Source: an uncultured bacterium
GTDB taxonomy: Bacteria; DYJV01
DNA: 49,391 nt
Direction of reading: 5' to 3'
Assembly: GCA_964543655.1 (NCBI GenBank)
Contig: CAZIZE010000042.1
Location: 1 to 49,391, forward strand
Part shown: piece after piece, positions 8,909 to 19,734 of the stretch
Position numbering within the stretch: position 1 is the stretch's first letter
How the letters are laid out: each line of letters starts with the position of its first letter
The notes under the pieces: model-generated
The model's input: the letters and a program-made list of their open reading frames with translations, nothing else
Told to the model about the DNA's origin: nothing
Databases searched by the model: none
Position numbers and translations under genes: made by a program

Positions 8909-9433
8909 TTATTCAAAATCAATAAAAACATTTTCATTTTTTATTTTCAAATTTTCTGACTGTTTAACAATATTCGATTTCATTTCAACTCTATAATTAT
9001 TGAGTTTCATTTTTAACTCTACATTGCTCAGTGATAATATCTGAGCTGCAAAAATAGCTGCATTTCTTGCTCCAGCTTTACCTATAGCCATTGTTGCAAC
9101 AGGAATTCCACCTGGCATTTGAACAATTGAATAAAGTGCATCCACTCCATTTAAAGCTGTTGCAGCTATTGGTACACCTATTACTGGAAGATTTGTCATA
9201 GCAGCAACAACTCCTGGTAAATGTGCAGCAGCACCTGCTGCAACAATAAATACTTTTGCTCCTGATTCTTCAGCAAACTTAACCCACTTCTCTGTTCTAT
9301 TAGGTGTCCTATGAGCTGAACTTACAATAAGCCTATACTTTATAGAAAATTTATCAAGAATCTTTATTGCCTCTTCAATTATAGGGTAATCTGATTGGCT
9401 ACCTATCATTAAAGATACATCAAATTTATCCAT
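8909..9433 (-). CDS. purE: N5-CAIR mutase
   Basis: GSQSD, SAHRTP, AGAAAHLPGV, PVIGVP, SIVQMPGGIPVAT. Confidence 0.97.
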   Translation of the reverse strand: MDKFDVSLMIGSQSDYPIIEEAIKILDKFSIKYRLIVSSAHRTPNRTEKWVKFAEESGAKVFIVAAGAAAHLPGVVAAMTNLPVIGVPIAATALNGVDALYSIVQMPGGIPVATMAIGKAGARNAAIFAAQILSLSNVELKMKLNNYRVEMKSNIVKQSENLKIKNENVFIDFE

Positions 9434-9455
9434 AAACCCTCCTGTAATTTAAATT

Positions 9456-9710
9456 TTAACCACCATTACCATTATCACCATATTCATCTTCATCAAACTC
9501 ATTAAATTCATCTTCATAATATTCAAGCTCTTCTCTTAAATCATTTAAACTAACAAATGCATTAATATTATTTTTTAATGTTTCTGATAAATTTCTGGCA
9601 ATTTCACTGTAAACTAACTTTTTCTCTAAATCCCTTGTTTTTGATAATTTTTCAACAAGATTACCAATTTCACCTAAAATTAACTCTGTTGTTTCAAAAT
9701 ATTCTTCCAT
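9456..9710 (-). CDS. Small hypothetical protein, helical with acidic C-terminal tail
   Basis: 84 aa ORF filling the ppdK-purE gap; AGGAG Shine-Dalgarno upstream. Confidence 0.75.
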   Translation of the reverse strand: MEEYFETTELILGEIGNLVEKLSKTRDLEKKLVYSEIARNLSETLKNNINAFVSLNDLREELEYYEDEFNEFDEDEYGDNGNGG

Positions 9711-9726
9711 CTCTGCTCCTTTCTTT

Positions 9727-12387
9727 TTATGAGTATAATATTGCAGCTTGTGCAGCAGCTAACCTTGCAATTGGTACTCTGTATGGAGAGCAACTTACAT
9801 AATTCAATCCTATTTTATGACAGAAATGAACAGATTCTGGGTCACCTCCATGCTCACCGCAGATACCCACCTTTAAATCAGGTCTTGTGGCTCTACCTCT
9901 TTTAACACCAATTTCTACCAATTGTCCAACTCCATCTATATCAAGAGTTACAAATGGGTCTTTGGGAAGTATCTTCATCTCAACGTAATCTTTCAAAAAT
10001 TTTCCCGCATCATCCCTTGAAAAACCAAATGTAGTTTGAGTAAGGTCATTTGTACCAAAGGAGAAAAACTCTGCAAATTTAGCTATTTCATTGGCTGTAA
10101 TTGCTGCTCTTGGTAACTCTATCATTGTGCCTACTTTGTAATCTATATTTATTTTGTAACTTTCAATAACCTCTTTTGCAACTCTGTCTGTTATATCTTT
10201 TAAAATTTCAAGCTCTTTGTAATGGCCAACAAGAGGTATCATAATCTCAGGAATTGCTTTAATTCCATCTTTTACACATTCACAGGCAGCCTCCATAATT
10301 GCCCTAACCTGCATTTCATATATCTCAGGAAAAGTAATTCCAAGCCTACACCCTCTATGACCAAGCATTGGATTAAATTCATGTAATTTTTCAGATAATT
10401 CCCTTATTTTCTCAACACTTACATTCATATTTTCTGCTACTTCCTGCATCTCTTTTTCCTCTTTTGGCAAAAACTCATGTAATGGTGGGTCAAGTAATCT
10501 AATTGTTACAGGAAGTCCATCCATCTCTTTAAATATTCCTTTAAAATCTTCTTTTTGATAAGGTTTTATTTTAGCAAGAGCTTTTTCCCTCTCCTCTTTT
10601 GTTTCAGATAAAATCATTTCTCGTACTGCAATAATTCTCTCTCCTTCAAAAAACATATGCTCTGTTCTGCAAAGTCCAATCCCTTCTGCACCAAACTCTC
10701 TTGCTACTTTTGAATCATGAGGGGTATCAGCATTGGTTCTAACTCCAAGGATTCTTATTTCATCTACCCAGTTCATAAATTCACCAAATTCACCGCTAAA
10801 TTCAGGGTTTATCCTTGGAACTTCTCCCTCCATTACCTCTCCTGTTGAACCATCAAGAGTAATAAAATCTCCTTTTTTATATATTTTATCACCTATCTTC
10901 ATCTCCTCTTTTTCATAGTCAACAACTATTGCACTGCATCCTGACACACAGCATTTCCCCATTCCTCTTGCAACAACAGCAGCATGGGAAGTCATACCAC
11001 CTCTTGCTGTTAAAATTCCCTCTGCTGCATTCATTCCATGAATATCTTCAGGAGATGTTTCTATTCTAACAAGAATTACCTTTTCACCTTTTTCAGCCAT
11101 TTTTTCTGCTTCATCAGCATTAAAAACAATCTTACCTGCTGCTGCTCCAGGTGATGCAGGAAGTCCCCTTGCTATCACCTTTTTCTCTGCTTTAGGGTCA
11201 AGCATTGGGTGAAGCAATTGATCAAGCTGCGATGGCTCAACTCTCATAACCGCTTCCCTTTTATCAATCAAACCTTCTTTAACCATATCAACAGCTATTT
11301 TTACTGCTGCTTTTGCTGTCCTTTTTCCATTTCTTGTTTGCAACATCCACAATTTCCCTTTTTCAATTGTAAATTCAATATCTTGCATATCACGATAATG
11401 ATTCTCAAGCTTTTTATATATTTCAACAAGTTCTTTGTAACATTCAGGCATTAACTCTTCTAAAGTTGGTAAATTTTTATTCTCATTATTCTTAGATGCT
11501 TCATTTATTGGGTTTGGTGTTCTTATACCAGCAACAACATCCTCACCCTGAGCATTTACAAGAAACTCTCCAAAAAACTTTTTCTCCCCTGTAGCAGGAT
11601 CCCTTGTAAATGCAACTCCTGTTGCAGAATCATTACCAAGATTACCAAAAACCATTGATTGAACATTTACAGCTGTTCCCCAATCATCTGGAATACCATT
11701 TAATTTTCTATACGTTATTGCTCTCTGGTTATTCCATGAGCCAAATACAGCTCCTATAGCCTCCCAAAGCTGTTTTTTGGGATCTTGAGGGAAATCCTCT
11801 CCAGTGATCTCTCTATATTTTTCTTTTAATTTTTCCACTAATTCTTTCAAATCTTCAGCATCTAATTCTGTATCAAGTTTAACCCCTTTCTTCTCCTTAA
11901 TTTCTTCAAGAGGCTTCTCAAGCTCTGTTGAATCTATTCCTTTTACAACATTACCATACATCTGTATAAATCTTCTGTAACTATCAAAGCTAAACCTTTC
12001 ATTACCTGCCTGCTTCGCAAGTCCTTGAACAGCATCATCATTGAGTCCAAGATTTAAAACAGTATCCATCATACCTGGCATTGAAACCCTTGCACCTGAT
12101 CTAACTGAAAACAATAGAGGATTTTCTATACTTCCAAACTTTTTACCTGTAATATTTTCAACATTTTTAATTGCATCTTCAACCTGCTCTTTAAGTTCTG
12201 AGGGGTAGTTATTGTTGTTTTTATAATAATATGTGCAAACTTCTGTTGATATTGTAAACCCTGGCGGAACTGGAATACCTAAGTTTGCCATTTCAGCAAG
12301 GTTAGCACCTTTACCTCCAAGAAGCTCTTTCATTTTTCCATTTCCGTCAGCTCTCTTATTGCCAAATAAGTAAACAAACTTTGCCAT
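9727..12387 (-). CDS. ppdK: Pyruvate, phosphate dikinase
   Basis: 886 aa; [61 protein letters not shown]. Confidence 0.98.
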   Translation of the reverse strand: MAKFVYLFGNKRADGNGKMKELLGGKGANLAEMANLGIPVPPGFTISTEVCTYYYKNNNNYPSELKEQVEDAIKNVENITGKKFGSIENPLLFSVRSGARVSMPGMMDTVLNLGLNDDAVQGLAKQAGNERFSFDSYRRFIQMYGNVVKGIDSTELEKPLEEIKEKKGVKLDTELDAEDLKELVEKLKEKYREITGEDFPQDPKKQLWEAIGAVFGSWNNQRAITYRKLNGIPDDWGTAVNVQSMVFGNLGNDSATGVAFTRDPATGEKKFFGEFLVNAQGEDVVAGIRTPNPINEASKNNENKNLPTLEELMPECYKELVEIYKKLENHYRDMQDIEFTIEKGKLWMLQTRNGKRTAKAAVKIAVDMVKEGLIDKREAVMRVEPSQLDQLLHPMLDPKAEKKVIARGLPASPGAAAGKIVFNADEAEKMAEKGEKVILVRIETSPEDIHGMNAAEGILTARGGMTSHAAVVARGMGKCCVSGCSAIVVDYEKEEMKIGDKIYKKGDFITLDGSTGEVMEGEVPRINPEFSGEFGEFMNWVDEIRILGVRTNADTPHDSKVAREFGAEGIGLCRTEHMFFEGERIIAVREMILSETKEEREKALAKIKPYQKEDFKGIFKEMDGLPVTIRLLDPPLHEFLPKEEKEMQEVAENMNVSVEKIRELSEKLHEFNPMLGHRGCRLGITFPEIYEMQVRAIMEAACECVKDGIKAIPEIMIPLVGHYKELEILKDITDRVAKEVIESYKINIDYKVGTMIELPRAAITANEIAKFAEFFSFGTNDLTQTTFGFSRDDAGKFLKDYVEMKILPKDPFVTLDIDGVGQLVEIGVKRGRATRPDLKVGICGEHGGDPESVHFCHKIGLNYVSCSPYRVPIARLAAAQAAILYS

Positions 12388-12399
12388 AACATCCCCCTT

Positions 12400-14460
12400 T
12401 TAATTAATAATTTGGGTTAAATCAGCTATTGAGTTAAATGTATTGTAAATACTTTTTAGCAGATTTAACCTATTTCTCTTTATTTCTTCATTTTTATCCA
12501 TAACAAGCACATTATCAAAAAAATTGTTAATAGAATCTTTCATTTTTGTAAAAGATTTTAAAGCAGCTAAAAAATTCTCCTCTTTTTTTAATTTTAAAAA
12601 TTCCTCTTTAACAACAACAAATGTTTCAAACAGCTCCTTTTCCTCTTTTTCTTTAAAATAGCTCTCTGCTATTACTGTGTCAGTCCAATCTTTTGTAATA
12701 TTTGCCACTCTTTTAAAAGGTATAATTACATCTTGAAAATCTTTATCCTCTTTAATCTTCTGAACATCAATTGTCCTTAAATATGTTTCATAAATATCAT
12801 CAAATTCAGCAGTAATAACACTGTTAATTACATCATAATCAAATTCATTTGATAGCATATTGTAATATCTCTGTGCAAAAAAGTTTTTTATTGAATCAAT
12901 AACATCATCAGAGATTTTAAATTTATTAATATAGAGCTCTTTTGCTCTGTTTAATATTTCATGTAAAGATAATCTATATTCTTTACCAAGAATAATTTTT
13001 ATAATAGCAATAGCATGCCTTCTTAAAGCATATGGGTCAGCTGTACCTGTAGGGATTTTGCCAATTGCAAAAAAACCAACAATTGTGTCTATTCTATCAG
13101 CTATACTTATAAAAGCCCCTGCATCTGATTTGGGAATCTCATCATCTGCAAAACGAGGTAAATAATGCTCATAAATAGCCTCAGCAACTTTCTGGCTCTC
13201 ACCTGAGCTAATTGCGTAATATTTACCCATGATACCCTGAAGTTCTGGAAACTCATACACCATATTTGACTCAAGGTCTCCCTTGCAGAGATATGCAGCT
13301 CGCTCAGTTATTTCCTTTACCTCAGGATTGAGATTGTTAGCTATAAATACTGCAAGTTCCCTAAATCTCTCCATCTTTTCATATGATGTTCCAATATCCT
13401 TCTGAAATACCACTTTCCTCAATCTTTCAACAAAATGCTCCAACTTATATTTTCTGTCTTCATCATAGAAAAATTTTGCATCATTAAGTCTTGCTTTTAA
13501 AACTCTTTCATTTCCATGTGCAACCACACTCATATCTTTAGCTTTTGTATTGGAAACAGTGATAAAATATGGCAGCAGCTTACCTTTTTCATTATACACT
13601 GGAAAATATTTCTGATGAACTTTCATAGGTGTAATTATAACCTCTTCTGGAAGTTTTAAAAAAGATTCATCAATATTTCCAGCAACTGGAAATGGATATT
13701 CCACAAGATTTGTAACAGTATCTATTAACTCCATATCATTTAAAATTTTTCCACCAAGTGCTCTTGCTTGTTCTTCAACTTCTTTTAAAAGAAGCTCTCT
13801 TCTTTTATGAAAATCAATAATAACAAATCTTTTCTCCATCTCTTTTTCAAAACTTTCAAAATCTTTTACTTCAAAAGATTCAGGGCTCATAAATCTGTGC
13901 CCAACTGTTTTATTTCCTGATTTAATACTGCCAAACTTAAATGGTAAGATTTTACCATTTAAAATAGCAACAATATAGTGAATTGGTCTTGCAAAACTTA
14001 CTTTTTCACTTCCCCACCTCATATTTTTGGGGAAAACAAGTTTTTTTATAATAGATTCAAGATTATCTTTTAATACATCAAAAGTAGCTTCACCTTTAAT
14101 TACCTTTTTTATTGAAATGTATTCTCCTTTCTCTGTTGTAACAATTGTAAGGTCTTCAACATTTACTCCTTGAGATTTAGCAAAGCCTATTGCAGCTTTT
14201 GTGGGATTGCCATCTTTATCATAAGCTGCTTTTCTGGAAGGACCTGTTTTTTCAATAACTCTATCCTCCTGCTTATCTGCAATTCCTTGAATTGAAAGAC
14301 CTAAACGTCGTGGGGTGCCAAAAGTTATTATCTTATTAAATCTGATTTTATTTTCTTCTAAAAATTTTACAAATAAATCTTCAAGCTTTTCCATTCCAAA
14401 TGTAAGAAATGAAGCTGGTAATTCTTCGCACCCTATTTCAAGAATAAATTCATTACTCAT
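12400..14460 (-). CDS. glyS: Glycine--tRNA ligase beta subunit
   Basis: LEIGCEELPA, FGTPRRL, MRWG, MVYEFPELQGIMG, TGTADPYALRR. Confidence 0.97.
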   Translation of the reverse strand: MSNEFILEIGCEELPASFLTFGMEKLEDLFVKFLEENKIRFNKIITFGTPRRLGLSIQGIADKQEDRVIEKTGPSRKAAYDKDGNPTKAAIGFAKSQGVNVEDLTIVTTEKGEYISIKKVIKGEATFDVLKDNLESIIKKLVFPKNMRWGSEKVSFARPIHYIVAILNGKILPFKFGSIKSGNKTVGHRFMSPESFEVKDFESFEKEMEKRFVIIDFHKRRELLLKEVEEQARALGGKILNDMELIDTVTNLVEYPFPVAGNIDESFLKLPEEVIITPMKVHQKYFPVYNEKGKLLPYFITVSNTKAKDMSVVAHGNERVLKARLNDAKFFYDEDRKYKLEHFVERLRKVVFQKDIGTSYEKMERFRELAVFIANNLNPEVKEITERAAYLCKGDLESNMVYEFPELQGIMGKYYAISSGESQKVAEAIYEHYLPRFADDEIPKSDAGAFISIADRIDTIVGFFAIGKIPTGTADPYALRRHAIAIIKIILGKEYRLSLHEILNRAKELYINKFKISDDVIDSIKNFFAQRYYNMLSNEFDYDVINSVITAEFDDIYETYLRTIDVQKIKEDKDFQDVIIPFKRVANITKDWTDTVIAESYFKEKEEKELFETFVVVKEEFLKLKKEENFLAALKSFTKMKDSINNFFDNVLVMDKNEEIKRNRLNLLKSIYNTFNSIADLTQIIN

Positions 14461-14482
14461 TATAAAAGTCCCTCCTTGTATA

Positions 14483-14920
14483 CTAATATTCTTTTCTGAA
14501 GTAATCTAATAAAATTTTTCTATGGTCAAAAACAATATTTTCAGGCAAGTTATCCTCTGAAAAAATAGCTGCATTTGTAGCATCATCTTTTGCTTTTAAT
14601 CTACCTTTGCCAGCAGCTATATACACAGTTGTAATAGTATGCTGTCTTGGATCTCTATCTGGAGCAGAGTATGTATGAAACTGCTTCAAAAGTGTAATAT
14701 CAAGATTGGTTTCCTCTTTGGCTTCTCTAACAGCGGCAGTTTCAAGACTTTCACCATAATCAACAAAACCACCTGGAATTGCCCAACCATATGGGAAATT
14801 TTTCCTTTCAATTAACACAATTCCATTTTTATACTCAATAATAATGTCAACAGTTGGTATCGGATTTTTATATATTTCAATCTCTGCCTCACAGTTTGGG
14901 CAGATAATCTTTGTTTTCAT
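14483..14920 (-). CDS. NUDIX hydrolase
   Basis: Nudix box [31 protein letters not shown]-terminal CPNC. Confidence 0.92.
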   Translation of the reverse strand: MKTKIICPNCEAEIEIYKNPIPTVDIIIEYKNGIVLIERKNFPYGWAIPGGFVDYGESLETAAVREAKEETNLDITLLKQFHTYSAPDRDPRQHTITTVYIAAGKGRLKAKDDATNAAIFSEDNLPENIVFDHRKILLDYFRKEY

Positions 14921-15853
14921 CTATGCAGTTATCCTATTTTTAAAATATTCTATTGTTTTGATTAAACCATCCCTTAATTTTACCTTTGGCTCCCAATTTA
15001 AATATTTTTTGGCAAGTGTAATATCTGGCTGTCTCCTAACTGGATCATCTGGTGGTAACTCTTTATATACAAGCTCTGAATTACTACCTGTTAGCTCAAG
15101 GACAAGCTCTGCAAGCTCCTTAATTGTAAATTCATCAGGATTGCCAAGGTTAACTGGGCCTATATATTCCTCCTGCTCCATCATTTTTACAAGTGCTTCA
15201 ACCATATCATCCACATAGCAGAATGATCTTGTTTGAGAACCATCTCCATAAATAGTAATTGGTTTACCTTCAAGAGCCTGAACTATAAAATTGCTAACAA
15301 CCCTTCCATCATTTTTTACCATATTTGGACCATAAGTGTTAAAAATTCTCACAATCCTTATATCAACATTGTTCTGTCTGTAATAATCCATCATTAAAGT
15401 CTCTGCCACCCTTTTACCTTCATCATAACAGCTCCTTGGGCCTATTGTATTTACATTACCCCAATAAGACTCTTTTTGAGGATGCTCCTTGGGATCACCA
15501 TAAACTTCTGATGTTGATGCAAGTAAAATTCTTGCTTTAACCCTTTTTGCAATACCAAGCATATTTATAGTACCCATAACACTTGTCTTGGTGGTTTTTA
15601 CAGGATTAAATTGATAATGAACAGGAGATGCAGGACATGCAAGATGATAAATCTGATCCACTTCAAGAAGTATTGGTTGAACAATATCATGCCTTACAAG
15701 CTCAAATTTAAAATTGTCCATTAAATCTTTTATATTCTCTTTGGTGCCTGTGTAAAAATTGTCAAGACATAAAACATCGTAACCTTTGTTTAATAAATAT
15801 TTGCACAAATGGCTGCCAATAAATCCTGCTCCACCAGTAACAAGTACTCTCAT
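14921..15853 (-). CDS. UDP-glucuronate decarboxylase (UDP-xylose synthase)
   Basis: [43 protein letters not shown]; start moved to ATG at 15853 (GAAAGGA SD upstream). Confidence 0.93.
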   Translation of the reverse strand: MRVLVTGGAGFIGSHLCKYLLNKGYDVLCLDNFYTGTKENIKDLMDNFKFELVRHDIVQPILLEVDQIYHLACPASPVHYQFNPVKTTKTSVMGTINMLGIAKRVKARILLASTSEVYGDPKEHPQKESYWGNVNTIGPRSCYDEGKRVAETLMMDYYRQNNVDIRIVRIFNTYGPNMVKNDGRVVSNFIVQALEGKPITIYGDGSQTRSFCYVDDMVEALVKMMEQEEYIGPVNLGNPDEFTIKELAELVLELTGSNSELVYKELPPDDPVRRQPDITLAKKYLNWEPKVKLRDGLIKTIEYFKNRITA

Positions 15854-15864
15854 AAAATTTCCTT

Positions 15865-16860
15865 TCAAAATTTTTTAATTTTAAAAACTGGCTTAAATTT
15901 ACCAACAACTTCTTTTCTATGGTTAAATATTGGCACATTGTAGAAAATTTTAAGTTTTTCAACATCATCTTCTGATAAAATATTCAGTTGTTTTAAAAGC
16001 TCAATAACAACAACATTCAATGCTTTCATGTTACCACTCTCTATTTTCACAGCTATTCCAATTTTACTCTTAAAAGCTGCAATACCATAACTGCCATCAG
16101 CACCAACCTTTGCAAATATGTTGCTTTCAACACGCATTAATTCTGTACAAATTCGTTCATCACCAGCAATCAATTCAGGATATTTTATGCTATTTCTCAT
16201 TAAAAACTTAACAGCATCTCTCCTCTTCTCATCGAGATTTTCAGGGTTTGCAAGTTTGTAATACGCAAGAGCAAAATTGTAAAGAGGTACTGCAAAAACA
16301 GGAACACCACATCCATCAATGCCTATTTTAATATTCTCAATAGCAACATCTGTGAAGACTGAAATCTCTTTTAAAATCAATTGTTGAACAGGATGCTCAA
16401 TATTTTCATAATTATCAAGAGGATAATCGAAAAATTTGCACAAAGTTAACATTGCAAGATGCTTTCCTGCACAATTGTTATGTAACGTAGTATATTCAGT
16501 AACCTGCTTACGTGTAGCTCTATGAGAAGGTGGATGGATACCACATCTTAAATAAGATTCATCAAGACCTAATTTATTTAAAATTGATTTTAAAATTTCT
16601 ACCTGAAAATCTTGGCCATTTAATGAGCCAGAAAAAATAGTTATCTCTTTATCTGTGAGATTGAATTTTTCAGCAGCACCAGTTGTTATTACAGGAATTG
16701 CCTGAATAGGCTTAGCACACGATCTTAAATATGTGAGAAAGTGTGTATCTCCTATTGAGCTTAAAATTTTCCCTTTTCTGCCAACAATGCAAATATGGCC
16801 TCTGTGCAAATTCTCAGCAAATCTCCCTCTTAAAACTTCCACCAAAACATTGCTATACAT
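15865..16860 (-). CDS. Class 3 (Rhizobium-type) L-asparaginase family protein
   Basis: [36 protein letters not shown]; start inferred at ATG 16860 (MYSNVL) overlapping the argB end. Confidence 0.85.
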   Translation of the reverse strand: MYSNVLVEVLRGRFAENLHRGHICIVGRKGKILSSIGDTHFLTYLRSCAKPIQAIPVITTGAAEKFNLTDKEITIFSGSLNGQDFQVEILKSILNKLGLDESYLRCGIHPPSHRATRKQVTEYTTLHNNCAGKHLAMLTLCKFFDYPLDNYENIEHPVQQLILKEISVFTDVAIENIKIGIDGCGVPVFAVPLYNFALAYYKLANPENLDEKRRDAVKFLMRNSIKYPELIAGDERICTELMRVESNIFAKVGADGSYGIAAFKSKIGIAVKIESGNMKALNVVVIELLKQLNILSEDDVEKLKIFYNVPIFNHRKEVVGKFKPVFKIKKF

Positions 16861-17734
16861 TTTTAATCTCCGTACCCACTCCTTCATTTGTAAATATTTC
16901 AAGAAGAAGAACATTTTCTATTCTACCATCAACTATATGTGCTTTTGTAACACCCATATCAACAGCTTTTTTACAATAATTTACTTTAGGAATCATTCCA
17001 CCGGTTATAATCCCATTATCTATTAATTGTGGCACTTCACTGCTATTAATAGAAGAAATTAGCTTTTTCTCTGGTGAAAGAACACCTTCAACATCAGTAA
17101 GCATAATTAGCTTTTCAGCTTTTAGAGATATTGCTATTTCCCCTGCAACAAGGTCAGCATTAATATTGTATGTGTTACCGCTATTATCAACTCCAACAGG
17201 TGCTATTACAGGTATAATCGATTTATTCATAATAATATCAAGAACCTCTGGATTAATCTTTTGCACTACTCCCACTTTGCCAATATCAATAATTTCTGGT
17301 GGTTTATTATCAAAATTCTTATACATTACTAATTTTTTAGCAATTATAAGTTTGCCATCTTTACCACTTAATCCAACTGCACTTCCACCATTTATATTAA
17401 TCATATTAACTATCTCTTTGTTTACCTTTCCAACAAGCACCATCTCCACAATATCCATAGTCTCATCATCAGTAACTCTCATTCCCTCAATAAACTTGCT
17501 CTGCTTTCCTAATTTATTGAGAAATTCTCCTATTTGTGGCCCACCTCCATGCACAATAACTGGATTTATCCCTATATATTTTAATAAAATTACATTTAAT
17601 GCAAATGCTTTTTTAAGGTTTTCATCTACCATAGCATGACCACCATACTTAATTACAAAAACTTTTCCAAAAAACTTGCTAATGTATGGCAGAGCTTCAA
17701 CTAAGATTTTGGCTTTATTTTTTAATTTCTCCAT
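16853..17734 (-). CDS. argB: Acetylglutamate kinase
   Basis: [36 protein letters not shown]. Confidence 0.97.
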   Translation of the reverse strand: MEKLKNKAKILVEALPYISKFFGKVFVIKYGGHAMVDENLKKAFALNVILLKYIGINPVIVHGGGPQIGEFLNKLGKQSKFIEGMRVTDDETMDIVEMVLVGKVNKEIVNMININGGSAVGLSGKDGKLIIAKKLVMYKNFDNKPPEIIDIGKVGVVQKINPEVLDIIMNKSIIPVIAPVGVDNSGNTYNINADLVAGEIAISLKAEKLIMLTDVEGVLSPEKKLISSINSSEVPQLIDNGIITGGMIPKVNYCKKAVDMGVTKAHIVDGRIENVLLLEIFTNEGVGTEIKNV

Positions 17735-17759
17735 ATAATCCTCTAATAAAAATTTAAAA

Positions 17760-19091
17760 TTACAGGATATACCTGCTCAAATCTTCATCTTGAGACACAT
17801 CTTCCAATTTTTCATAAACATATTTTTCATCCAATACCACTTCCTTATCAGGCATATCTGGCGCATTAAATGATATATCTTCAAGCAATTTCTCAAGTAC
17901 TGTGTGCAAACGTCTTGCACCAATATTTTCTGTTGATTCATTAACTTTAAAGGCTATCTTTGCTATTGCCCTTAAAGCACTCTCTTCAAAAATTAGGTTA
18001 ATACCCTCTGTTTTTAAAAGCTCCTGATACTGTTTGATTAAAGCATTTTTAGGCTCTGTTAAAATCTTGTAAAAATCATCTTCACTAAGAGATGCTAACT
18101 CTACTCTAATTGGAAATCTTCCCTGTAATTCTGGTATTAAGTCAGATGGTTTTGAAAGGTGAAAAGCACCAGCTGCAATAAATAATATATGGTCAGTTTT
18201 AATAATACCATATCTTGTATTTACTGAGCTTCCCTCCACTATTGGTAAAAGATCTCTTTGAACTCCCTCCATTGATACATCAGGACCTCTACCTTCTCCA
18301 CCAGAAACCACTTTATCTATTTCATCAATAAATACTATTCCATTTTGCTCAACTCTATTTTTAGCTTCCTCAATAACCCTATCCATATCAATCAATTTTT
18401 CAGTTTCTTCATTCAAAATAAGCTTGTAAGCATCTTTAACTTTAACTCTTTTCCTTTTTCTCTTTTTAGGCATAATATTTTCAAACATATCTTTCAGATT
18501 AAAATCCATATCTTCAAGCCCTACAGCAGAAAAAACTTCAATTGTAGGCCCTTTATCTTTTATCTCTATTTCAACAAACTTTTCATCAAATTTACCATCT
18601 CTATATAATTTCCTGATTTTCTCTCTTGTAGCTTTTCTATGATCATCATGCTCTGGTTCAATATTGGAATATTTTGGCAGAGGTGGTAGAAGCAGATCAA
18701 TAATCCTCTCTTCAGCCATTTCAGATGCCCTTAATTTAACATTTTTAGCAAATTCCTCTTTTACCATATTAATTGCTATTCTAATCAAATCCCTAATAAT
18801 GCTTTCAACATCACGTCCTACATAACCCACTTCTGTAAATTTTGATGCTTCCACCTTAATAAATGGTGAATTGGCTAACTTTGCGAGCCTTCTTGCTATC
18901 TCTGTTTTCCCAACACCTGTTGGCCCTATCATCATAATATTCTTTGGTGCAATCTCATCTCTTAAATCTTCAGGAACCTGCTTTCTTCTCCATCTGTTTC
19001 TAAGTGCAATTGCAACAGCTTTTTTGGCATCTTTCTGACCAATTATATATTTATCAAGTTCTGAAACTATCTCCCTTGGCGTAAATTCCAT
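17760..19091 (-). CDS. hslU: ATP-dependent protease ATPase subunit HslU
   Basis: [50 protein letters not shown]. Confidence 0.98.
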   Translation of the reverse strand: MEFTPREIVSELDKYIIGQKDAKKAVAIALRNRWRRKQVPEDLRDEIAPKNIMMIGPTGVGKTEIARRLAKLANSPFIKVEASKFTEVGYVGRDVESIIRDLIRIAINMVKEEFAKNVKLRASEMAEERIIDLLLPPLPKYSNIEPEHDDHRKATREKIRKLYRDGKFDEKFVEIEIKDKGPTIEVFSAVGLEDMDFNLKDMFENIMPKKRKRKRVKVKDAYKLILNEETEKLIDMDRVIEEAKNRVEQNGIVFIDEIDKVVSGGEGRGPDVSMEGVQRDLLPIVEGSSVNTRYGIIKTDHILFIAAGAFHLSKPSDLIPELQGRFPIRVELASLSEDDFYKILTEPKNALIKQYQELLKTEGINLIFEESALRAIAKIAFKVNESTENIGARRLHTVLEKLLEDISFNAPDMPDKEVVLDEKYVYEKLEDVSQDEDLSRYIL

Positions 19092-19633
19092 TACTGCTCC
19101 TCCCCTATTGATTCTATAACAAAGTTAGAATTAGTGTAAATACATATATCTGAAGCTATTTTCAACGATTCTTCAACTATCTCCTCAACTTTTAAATTAG
19201 AATGGTTAACCAATGCTTTGGCTGCTGCCTGAGCAAATGGTCCCCCTGAGCCAATTGCTGCTATACCGTCATCAGGCTCTATTACATCTCCACTTCCAGA
19301 AATAATGAGCAACATATCTTTATTAGCAGCTATGAGCATTGCTTCAAGTCGTCTTAAAATTTTATCAGTTCTCCAATCTTTTGCAAGTTCTACAGAGGAT
19401 TTTAATAAATTTCCAGAATATTTCTCAAGTTTGCCTTCAAATTTATCCACAAGTGTAAAAGCATCGGCTGTAGCGCCTGCAAAACCAACTATCACTTTAT
19501 TTTTATATACTTTTCTAATTTTTTTTGCATTTTTTTTAAATACAGTGTTACCAAAAGTAACCTGCCCATCTCCACCAATTGCTATGCTATCACCCTTTTT
19601 TACAGCAAGTATAGTTGTCCCATGAAGTTGCAT
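19091..19633 (-). CDS. hslV: ATP-dependent protease peptidase subunit HslV
   Basis: [34 protein letters not shown]. Confidence 0.98.
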   Translation of the reverse strand: MQLHGTTILAVKKGDSIAIGGDGQVTFGNTVFKKNAKKIRKVYKNKVIVGFAGATADAFTLVDKFEGKLEKYSGNLLKSSVELAKDWRTDKILRRLEAMLIAANKDMLLIISGSGDVIEPDDGIAAIGSGGPFAQAAAKALVNHSNLKVEEIVEESLKIASDICIYTNSNFVIESIGEEQ

Positions 19634-19673
19634 TTATTCCCCCTATTAATAGCCAAAATTTATAAAATTAACA

Positions 19674-19706
19674 TTTGCTAAATTGTTAAAATTTCAATTT
19701 AGCAAA
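19674..19706. promoter_or_regulatory. 12-bp inverted repeat with 9-nt spacer upstream of hslV (operator or terminator)
   Basis: tttgctaaattg-N9-caatttagcaaa. Confidence 0.45.
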
Positions 19707-19734
19707 GGTAGAATAGAAGTTTCTGTATAGAATT

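Noticed and set aside
18260-18285. HslU DVSMEGVQ instead of the usual DVSREGVQ
   Set aside because: Single-base difference (ATG vs AGG); cannot distinguish variant from sequencing error
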